From Octopus sinensis (Eukaryota): a DNA stretch of 64,000 bases. How positions within the stretch are numbered: the stretch's first letter is position 1; every line of letters starts with the position of its first letter. The notes under the pieces were generated by a model. It ran no database searches. It was not told the DNA's origin and saw only the letters and a list, made by a program, of their open reading frames with translations. Positions 54,456 to 64,000 of this stretch are shown piece by piece. The translations under genes were made by a program, and so were the position numbers. The stretch lies in NCBI RefSeq assembly GCF_006345805.1, contig NC_043009.1:53754001-53818000 (forward strand). The letters run 5' to 3'.

Positions 54456-54542
<87 letters not shown>

Positions 54543-54609
54543 CATATACATACATACATATATATATATGTGCGTATGTGTATGTATGTATGTATTTATG
54601 TGTGTGTGT

Positions 54610-54810
54610 GTCTATGCTAGTCTCCCCTCTGTTGCTGGTAGGTATATGTCCCTGTAACGTAGCGGTTCGACCAAAGAGGCCGATAGAATGAGTGCTAGGC
54701 TTACGAAAATTATGTCTTGGGTTCGATTCCCTCGACTAAAACCCGTCAAAGTATTGCTCTATCATGGCTGCAGTCAAATGACTGAAACAAGTAAAAAATA
54801 AAAGAATACG
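54610..54810 (+). mobile_element. SINE family B, 3' half
   Basis: agcggttcgaccaaagaggccgatagaatgagtgctaggcttac...gcagtcaaatgactgaaacaagtaaa. Confidence 0.8.
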
Positions 54811-54811
54811 C

Positions 54812-54842
<31 letters not shown>

Positions 54843-55201
54843 ACTATACTTACACACACACACACACACACACATACACATAGTTATATATATATAAATG
54901 TAAGATCCAAGGATCGAGATGTAGGAAGGGGTTGAGCTTGAAGCAAACTGTAGAAAATAAATTACATATATGTGTGAGTGTTTGTGTGTGTTTTTGTGTG
55001 TTTGTGTGGTGTGTGTATGTGTGCGCGTGTGTGTGTGTGTGTGTCTCTGTGTGCATAAAGCCAGTTATTCAACTGCTGTCTGGTTGAGTCGTTATTAGTG
55101 CTTAAAATTCTATTTACCTCAAATTCTCTGTATCGTGTCACCCTCTCAGTCAATATTGACTTCTTAATCTTAGGCTTAATTTTAGTGTGTGTGTGTGTGT
55201 A

Positions 55202-55251
<50 letters not shown>

Positions 55252-55559
55252 TGTGTAAATTCAATATGACTATTAACTTTGTAATTTGCTTTAAACATCT
55301 CGTTCACAGGTATTGGCTAAGAGATGTTATCATTCAGTGAGATCAAGGAAGTTTTTTTTTATATTAATGTTATTGACTATTTACGATTTACTTTCGGAAT
55401 TAGAATCCTTTAAAAGTATTCTTATTTTGTCTGTCGTATTTAATCATTATGCGTCTTTTATTTTTAAAAAAATGTAAATATCTTGATTTTTCCATTTGCA
55501 CATATGTCTAGATTTTAACTACATGGGGTATTCCTAAGAGATCAATGTTTAATTTACTA

Positions 55560-56800
55560 CGTAACAAGAGACGAAGATGAAATCATCACACCAAACACAA
55601 CGTTGTAAGAATATACCAACACATCAAGGTAGATGGTAAAACAAGAACTGAACAGCTTCCTTCCAGCGAGAAAGAAGAATTTGAAGACAGAGTGTCAATG
55701 GCTCACACAACAAGACATCTTTTTTTCCTTTTCAGTAAAGGGAATTTGGGATAGAAAAGGGAAAAAACTAAAACTACAAAGAGTCAAGGAAACATTGAAC
55801 TAACAGACTCCAAAGTGAAAAACCTATCAATGCTACACTACATGGTAATCAAATAAATCTTCCGGAATACGAATTGAAATTTGCTTGGATTCCCAACAAC
55901 AAATCTTATAAAACACACTGAGAAAGAGAACCTTGTCTACAGAAATTCTTCTAAAAAGAACATGATGAAGAGGCATAAGTTTTGAACAAATAGGATTCGA
56001 ACCTCCGACAAACAAAAATAAGCATTTAAATGAATTTATAATGTGTCTGAAAAGATCAGCAAACTCAAATATTCGAACAAGACATACAAAAGCAAGCATT
56101 ACAATAAGCATTGGAATATCTACCGAGAGAATCTTCTATCATCCTTAAAGAAGCTGACAGAGGAGGAGCTGTAGTAATAATGAGTAAATCCCATAACATG
56201 GAAATGGTCTAAGAAAAAACCTAAATTACCAGTTCTTCTACAAAGCAATGACAAAGAAACAATGGGTAAATTTTCATAAATTAATGGACAAATACAAAAT
56301 TGGCTAAATGAAAATTGAGTTGAATTACCTCTCAAATTTTTGGAAAAGTCAAGTTATTTTCATGAAGTAGCAAAAATCTATAAATCTAAGGAAATCAAAA
56401 ACAGCTTAAAGGACCTCTATCCAGTGATGTAGGTAATAAAGCGTTGTCTACATTATCAACTGTTGTGGGCCGTGTGAAATAATTAAACAAGAAAGAGCCA
56501 AAAGATTCAAGAATCGGGAGGAATAGAGGGCAAATGCAAACATGAATTGCAAAGCAAAACATTTCGTCTACAGCATTGAACACCCACAAGGCAACGGGAA
56601 ATGTATTGGAGAAACAGGATGAAAACTAAGCTGCCGTGTGAGAGTGTACAAATATTCATTTCACAGAAATGAATCATGTATTGAATATCTAGTCATTTGT
56701 GTAAATGGAAATTCAAATTATTTGAATTTTTCCAGATAAAAGTCAAATATGATCAAATACGAAAGGCAAGATAAGGACACTTTCAAAGAAAACCGATTCC
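55560..56800 (+). mobile_element. Decayed, internally deleted Penelope-like element (RT N-region and GIY-YIG)
   Basis: FEPPTNKNKHLNEFI; SSIILKEADRGGAVVIMSK; YFHEVAKIYKSKEI; then FVYSIEHPQGNGKCIGETG*KLSCRVRVYK (GIY-YIG-like). Confidence 0.8.
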
Positions 56801-57059
56801 GGGACTAGACCGGAAATAGTGAACACCATGACTAAACGCATCTTCCTGTTTACAGATCAATCCAAAGCACGTGTACTTGAGAAGTTGAAAAACGAGACAC
56901 AGGCGTGGCTGCGAGTTACGAAATTTTTGTCCCGACCAAATGGTTGCGGATTCAGTCACACTGCGTGACACCTTCAGCAAGTGTTTTCTACTTTAGACTA
57001 GGGCTCACCAAAGCAATGTGAGTGTACTTCGTAGTCGTAAACTGAAAAGAAGTCTAACT

Positions 57060-57092
<33 letters not shown>

Positions 57093-57699
57093 GTATATAT
57101 ATATATATATATATATATACATGTGTCAGATATACATGGAGTTGGATCTTTTGAGAAAAAGTTTTCAAGGTAGTGCTCCAGTATGGCCGCAGTCCAATGA
57201 CTGAAACAAATAAAAACTAAAAGAAGAGGGAAGCACAGTCACACAAATTACCCATCATAAAAAAACTTCTATCCAAAAGATTCATCACTCTCTGGTTTTT
57301 GAAAGCACAAAAACAACTTACAAAGATAAAACGATTCTTTGGATATTGTGATTGCATCAAGTATTCTCTACATCTAAACACACACACACATATATAAATA
57401 ATTTTATTGGTATATATATTTACATATGCATGAATACATACACACACATCTACATATATATATGACCTTTGTTTTCGTTCGTCTGCGTATTTAGTATATT
57501 TCGTATGTTTATTTACTACAATTTTTAATTATATAAATATATATATACAGAACAGGTTTTTTTATGTAATCCTGAAAATACATATAGATATATACATATA
57601 TTTTATATATTTGTGCGTGTGTATAAATATATACACACTCGCATAAAAACAGACGTATATATGCATATATATATATGCACTTCAATGGCACAAAATTTC

Positions 57700-58495
57700 A
57701 AGCACTGTACTATCAGCCTACAAGCAATCTACAGCTGAAGTTCTCGGAACCAGCAGGCAATGCAATCCCGGAGTTAGAGTCGGTGCCTGACTTGTGAATC
57801 CACATGAGCAACGACGCAACTTTCTATGTGCACACTACTCAGATTGCAACACTATGCAGCCGGGTGGCAGGTTGGATCCTTAGATTCTCCAGGACCAGGA
57901 AGAGACACAGTGCTTCTGATTTGGAGAATCTTTGTCCTCAGTCGTCTGGATTACTGCTCCTATCTGTGGCCCGCACAAAGTGTAAAACTAATTGTGGAAC
58001 TAGAAGCTATCCAACGCCACTATACAAACAAAGATAGATTCAGTAAAACACTTGGGCTATTGGGAGAGATTGGAAGAACTGAGACTTTAGTCCCTGGAGA
58101 TGAGACGTGAGAGATATACATTGCTATAACAAATGGAAAATAATGGCAGGTCTGGCTCCGAATTTCGGAATCGAAATTCAAAACAATCCCCGAACAGGCC
58201 AGCACAGTATCAAAGGTCTCATCTTCTCCATTGAGGATACGAACCCAATTTTATAATAGCTTGGGATTCAAGTGTTCACAACTGTTTAATGCCCTACCAC
58301 AGAACATCAAATATCTGTAAGATGTACACATGAAAATCTTCAAAAAACATCTAGATACATTTTATCTGCAATTCCGGATGAACCCACATTGCGGCAGGGG
58401 GCACAAAGAAGATCGGCAACGTCCAACTCGCTACTTCACCAGAAGCAATACAGTAAAAATCCCCGGATGCAGTAAAGACGGTGCACTATCATGGC
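57700..58495 (+). mobile_element. CR1-clade LINE 3' fragment
   Basis: MSNDATFYVH...GWILR..RTR; LIWRIFVLSRLDYCSYLW...ELEAIQRHYT; YWERLEELRL*SLE; LFNALP; FKKHLD. Confidence 0.85.
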
Positions 58496-58514
58496 CTCAA
58501 CCTCTGGCTGAAAC

Positions 58515-58683
58515 CCTACGTTCTGAGTTCAAATTTCGCTGAGGTCGACTTTGCCTTTCATTCTTTCGGGGTCGATTAAATAAGTACCAGTTACGCACTG
58601 GTGTCGATGTAATCGACTTAATCCCTTTGTCTGTCCTTGTTTGTACCCTCTATGTTTAGCCCCTTGTGAGAAATAAAGAAATA
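58515..58683 (+). mobile_element. SINE family A1, 5'-truncated
   Basis: ctacgttctgagttcaaatttcgctgaggtcgactttgcc...tttagccccttgtg. Confidence 0.9.
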
Positions 58684-58743
58684 AATATACATGGGTACGC
58701 AAATATAATCAGTGAGGTGATTGGAGTGTTACCATCAAGGTTG

Positions 58744-59180
58744 CTCTTTTACTCTTTTACTCTCTTTTTACTCGTTTACTCTTTTACTTGTTTCAGTCAT
58801 TTGACTGCGGCCATGCTGGAGCACCGCCTTTAGTCGAGTAAATCGACCCCGGGACTTATTCTTTGTAAGCCCAGTACTTATTCTATCGGTATCTTTTTGC
58901 CGAACCGCTAGGTGACGGGGACGTAAACATACCAGCATCGGTTGTCAAGCAATGCTATGGGGACAAACACAGACACACAAGCATATACACACACACTTAT
59001 ATATATATACATATATACGACAGGCTTCTTTCAGTTTCCGTCAACCAAATCCACTCACAAGGCATTGGTCGGCCCGGGGCTATAGCAGAAGACACTTGCC
59101 CAAGATGCCACGCAGTGGGACTGAACCCAGAACCATGTGGTTGGTTAGCAAGCTACTTACCACACAGCCACTCCTGCGCC
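58744..59180 (-). mobile_element. Full-length SINE family B
   Basis: Nearly identical in organisation to 48874-49334. Confidence 0.93.
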
Positions 59181-60469
59181 TGCTTTTATTATTCATCGAT
59201 ATTTTAACCTCCCTTTCGTTTCCAATCTCAGAATTTTGGGAATCACGTATGTCTTGCAACAGAATGAATCTTAGCAAAAGGAGACAACAATGAATTCAGA
59301 ATGTCTACACAAAAGAACCACACGTTCTTGGCTAGGAAGTAATAAGGCGGGAAATCGAAGATTCAAAGAAGTGAATGTACTTGTCTGAAGAAATTGCTGT
59401 TGCACCTGAGCGTTTGTGTGAGAGTGTGTGAGAGTGTGTGAGAGTGTGTGTGTGTGAGAGAGTGTGTGTGTGAGTGTGTGTGTTTGTGTGTTTGAGTGTG
59501 TGTGTACGAGTGTATGTGTCTGTGTGTGTATGTGCAAGTGTGTGTGTACATATGTACGTGTATGTGTGAATGTACGCGGTTGATTGTCGGTTTTTGTGTG
59601 TGTTATGTATAGAACATTTCTTTGTGTTTGTTCCAGCAACGCTGCCTGCAATATTTATTGTGAGAATGTAATTATGGTTTTAATAGAAAAGTGCCACGTA
59701 ACGTATGATTTCAGTTAGTGTTCAGGAACATTAAGTGTCTCTTCATATATATAAATATTTGGGATACGTCTCGATAAATATCACCCTTTCCCGTACCACC
59801 TATCACTTTGTCTTCCTGTCTCTGTCTGACTCTTTCTGTCTCTCTCTCGGTCTCTCTTTTTCTCCATTTTTTAGCCACTGATATAATAATCATTCTAATG
59901 ATTATATCCTCAATTTATAAGTATAAATAATTTTGAGTTCTCTAGTCATTATATTATACTGCGGTACTATATTTACCCTGTATGATTTCTGACATTAACA
60001 ACATGGTAGAGATGGACTAGCAGATGGAAAGTATACGCGGAAAATGCATGTATATATTGGCAACTGTTCGAATAGATTTATCGGTATGTATAGGTATTTT
60101 TCGCTTATATATTTGTCGGATTGTAAAGGGATCTTTATTAAAGAGCATGGAATCGTAAGATATAGAATTATCCAAAATATGGTAAATCTTCTTGCTCGTC
60201 ACCTAGCTTTCGACATGAGATTATGAATAGAGAACAAATTTAGAGTGTATTATAGGTATTTGACATCTACTTCTAGAGTATAGGCGTTGGCATTCCAGTA
60301 CCCTTAATTATGATAGTATTTTTATATTTATATACGTAAAAATTAATTTTATCTATTGGTAACTTTTTTATATGCGAGCCACTGATATAGCCATTTTAAT
60401 GACTATAGCCTTAATTTATAAGTAAATGTATTCATGGTTATTATCTACACTTTATGCAGAGTTTGACCA

Positions 60470-61066
60470 CCTCCAGTACCTACACCTTAGAACCATAATG
60501 GCATCTAATGTGGCTTTTTAAACCAGACAATGTATTGAAAGGACACACACATAGAGTGCACATCCGATATGGACCACCAAGAGCTGCAGATAAGTTCTGA
60601 TCTTTGTGGATCTTAAAATGTCTTATGAGGCCTCCATTAGATTTGTGGAACTTATGGCACACATTGCATTGAAAGGTGTGTACAGACATATAGGCAGAGT
60701 AGTTTCTGCAGGCTCGTTTTCCATGGGTTCACAAATAGGATTTGACTCCAGCAAAAGAAAGGCATGGTCTGTCACACCTCCGATTCACCTTCTCGATCGT
60801 AACATTCTTCCTTAAGCCTCTTTTGAGTTTTGCATGCGTTATACTGGCCTCTTCAAACGCTTTCATTCCATTCCATACTTTCACTCGCCATTCAGCTCGA
60901 ACCAAGGCAAGTGTCTTATAGATCCGTTCCAAGTGACCTCATAGTAGTCCTTACACTGTCTTAAAACCTTTCTTTACGTTTACGACGATAGCGTTTCCCC
61001 TCTGCAAGCTCACCGTCAAACAGGTTTTTGGGCATGCGTTCATCCGCCTTTCAAACCATATGGCCA
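60470..61066 (-). mobile_element. RTE-clade LINE 3' fragment with C-terminal C2H2 zinc fingers
   Basis: GHMV*KADERMPKNLFDGELAEGKR...KERF*DSV; LALVRAEWR; CDRPCLSFAGVKSYL*TH; CNVCHKFHKSNGGLIRHFKIH; CTLCVCPFNTLSGLKSHIRCH. Confidence 0.8.
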
Positions 61067-61074
61067 CACGCACT

Positions 61075-61128
<54 letters not shown>

Positions 61129-61204
61129 GGCGCATGCATGGCTGTGTGGTAAGAAGATTGCTTCCCATAGTTACGGGGTCAGTCTCACCACGTGGCACTT
61201 CGGT

Positions 61205-61625
61205 AGAAGGAGTTTTGTTGGTCTCTCGCTCAAATGCACCCCACTCATAATAATCAAGGCGTTCCAGTCTGGGGAGTTAGGTGCACAGATTTAAGGGGTG
61301 ATGCGGTCACAGAAATTGTCTGAGAGCCATGACTAGGTTATTCTGCTTGTCTGGCATGATGCAGATTCCTCTTGCCAGACATAGATTATTCCAGCAGCCA
61401 CCATCTTCACCCAAGGATAGACCACCTTCTCCAAGCACTCGATGTAGGCTTCCTCATGTAGCACTTTCTGTAGATTTGCGTTGTGTCGACACCTAGTTTT
61501 AGAGAGGAGAATCCAGTAGAAGGAGTTTCCTGTCACATATTGTGTCATGTTGAGCATCTGAGAATTCTTTTATGGTTACGCGTATCTCTGGTGTATTCAG
61601 CCACATGATAAGATTCTTAGTTCTG
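61205..61625 (-). mobile_element. DD37D (maT/Bmmar1-like) mariner transposase remnant
   Basis: YIECLEKVVYPWVK..AAG..YVWQEESASCQTSRIT*SWLSDNF...APNSPDWN.LDYYEWG; 37 residues between the second and third catalytic positions. Confidence 0.8.
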
Positions 61626-62574
61626 TTGTTTGTACAACTTAACACACATATAACACACATATATGTGTGTATGAGTTTGTATGTATTTGTGTGTGTGTGT
61701 AGAGAGAGAGATAGCTGTATGTATGAATATGTGTGAGTGTGTTTGTGTGTGTGGATGCACACACATACACGCTCGCACACGCAGAGATATACACACATAT
61801 TTGAAACCAGGATCTTAAGTGTAAAAATCTAAATAGTGAGATATATTTCGCCCAGATGCCGATTAAATTTCAGATAGCAATCTAGAGAAACAATCAGTAT
61901 AGCAGTCACAGCTATAAGACATTTATCAAATCTATTGCAATAACGCAAACGTAAAATCATAGTTTCCAACTATAAACAACAAGGTTTCCTTACAGACATG
62001 AATTATGAATCATGTTTCAGAAATAAAATATAAAAACAAATCTGGTAGTTGTAGCATGGTGCGTTAATACAAAGAAATGCTAGGTTGCTAGACGATAAGT
62101 TCCTTGTTATTGTGGAAAATTATATGGTTATGTATCGGATAATGTAACTTACCAATATTAGGTTCCAGTAAGGCACTATTTCTCCAAGAGTTTTCGTGAC
62201 TTCAGTGCAAGCACCTCCAATAAACATTATCATCTCTGGTTTACAGTATATCAAATTGTAAAGAGCATCCGTAGCTATTCCGGGATCACACTGCAATGAA
62301 TGACAAAGAAAGACATTGAAACTAACTGGCAGAAACCGAAGAAAGTCTGTTATTGAAACTTAAATAAACGATGTATAATATAACGTGACAGATCAAAGAA
62401 TAGCGAAGAACGACGAGCCAGCATTCGAAGGAATAGTCTTACATAAAACATGAATAAATATAGAGGCTTGGTTTTTCGAATCTTTCACGTGAGGACGAAG
62501 AATCGGGCTCTGGCCTAGAAACAAGACTCATTCATTGGAATTTAAAGACCAAATAAGATGCCTGCCATGCATTC

Positions 62575-62685
62575 ATGTATGTATGTATGTATGTATGTAT
62601 GTATGTATGTATGTATGTATGCATGTATGTATGTATGTATGTATGTATGTATGTATGTATGTATGCATGTATGCATGTATGTATG

Positions 62686-62719
<34 letters not shown>

Positions 62720-63110
62720 TGCATGTATGCATGTATGTATGTATGTATTCTTTGGAATTTCAACATCAACAACAGGGTATTTTGTATGTATGTATGTGTA
62801 TGTATGTATGTATGTATGTATGTATGTATGTATGTATGCATGTATGTATGTATGTATGTATGTATGTATGTATGTATGTATGTATGTATGTATGCATGTA
62901 TGTATGTATGTATGCATGTATGCATGTATGTATGTATGTATTCTTTGGAATTTCAACATCAACAACAGGGTATTTTGTATGTATGTATGTATGTATGTAT
63001 GTATGTATGTATGTATGTATGTATGTATGTATGTATGCATGTATGTATGTATGTATCTATGTATGTATGTATGTATGTATTTATGTATGTGTATGCGTGT
63101 GTATGCGTGT
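62575..63110. repeat. (TATG)n microsatellite containing a 193-bp tandem duplication
   Basis: Unique island ttctttggaatttcaacatcaacaacagggtatttt occurs identically at 62748 and 62941. Confidence 0.92.
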
Positions 63111-63491
63111 ATGTCGATTCACGTGTGGTGTGTTATATTTTTGAGCAAAACACTTCATCTCACGTTGCCCTGTGATCACCTCGAGATCTGACGTGCACAT
63201 GGAGGGTGTAAGCCGATGTGTAGCACGAGCATATGATCAATATAAACAAATAACGAAAACATTATTCAGTGCTATTTAAACGGGTTGCATGACTTATTGG
63301 TTGTATGGTTATGACGTTATTCTCGCGATCATAAATTTCCAGGTTCGATCCAGCTACGTAGCCTCATCGGCAATTTTCTTCTAGCTGAACTTCAGTTCGA
63401 CTAAAACCTTGTGAATGAAATTGTGTCGACCCAATCAGTAAAGAAAGCCTGTCAGGCGAATTATGCTCGCTTTTAGGTAGTAGACTTAAAC

Positions 63492-63727
63492 CTATTTCTT
63501 TATTACCCACAAGGGGCTAAACATAGAGGGGACGACAAACGAGGACAGACATAGGCATTAAGTCGATTACATCGACCCCAGTGCGTAACTGGTACTTAAT
63601 TTATCGACGCCGAAAGGATGAAAGGCAAAGTCGACCTCGGCGGAATTTGAACTCACAACGTAACGGCAGCCGAAATACCGCTAAGCATTTCGCCCGACGT
63701 GCTAACGATTCTGCCAGCTTGCCGCCT
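63492..63727 (-). mobile_element. Full-length SINE family A1 with an 11-bp TSD
   Basis: TSD tagacttaaac at 63481-63491 and 63728-63738. Confidence 0.93.
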
Positions 63728-64000
63728 TAGACTTAAACATTAGACTTACTACGTTAGCCGTAGTAGACTTAAACCGCATTCCTGTTTTAACACAATCTAG
63801 TGGATTCTTTTTCTTTGCTTTCAGAAGAGTTCATTTTGTTGTCACCCATCAGGATTGGTTTCTGATGACCTATAAGGGGTAGAAGATAAATTGGAGCGTA
63901 ACATTCGAAGTTACTGTCAACCTTTTTCTTTGTAAACATTAATATACGTCTGTATATGTGTGCGGTCTGTGGGCGTGTTCATGAAATTCATCATGTTTAC

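Noticed and set aside
60480-60689. Stand-alone C2H2 zinc-finger gene
   Set aside because: Contiguous with a decayed RTE RT C-terminus and lacks TGEKP linkers.
62532-63191. ORFs of up to about 220 aa made of MYVC/HTYI repeats, and all YIYI-type ORFs in the window
   Set aside because: Translations of (TATG)n and (TA)n microsatellites.

Overview
AT-rich eukaryotic non-coding DNA, either intergenic or a large intron. It is dense in microsatellites ((TA)n, (CA)n, (TATG)n, (TAA)n/(CAT)n, (GAA)n, (CT)n) and transposable-element debris. I find no credible host exon, and most ORF-track entries are microsatellite read-throughs. The tRNA-SINE repertoire and base composition suggest an Octopus (coleoid cephalopod) genome; this is inference. 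Recognisable content: three tRNA-derived SINE families (called A, B and C here), several with exact target-site duplications; a full-length inactive IR/DR Tc1; a non-autonomous Helitron with correct termini; and decayed coding fragments of R4/Dong-like RLE LINEs, CR1, RTE, Penelope, Gypsy gag, Helitron helicase, Chapaev3-like and DD37D (maT) transposases. The best leads are minimal Penelope-type hammerhead-like motifs (three copies share a non-canonical core), a perfect 51-bp-arm foldback, a 73-bp minisatellite full of TTCN3GAA and kB-like motifs, and a recurring SINE-into-SINE junction. I found no convincing new multi-gene system. All translations and alignments were done by eye, and boundaries are approximate unless a TSD or terminus is quoted.
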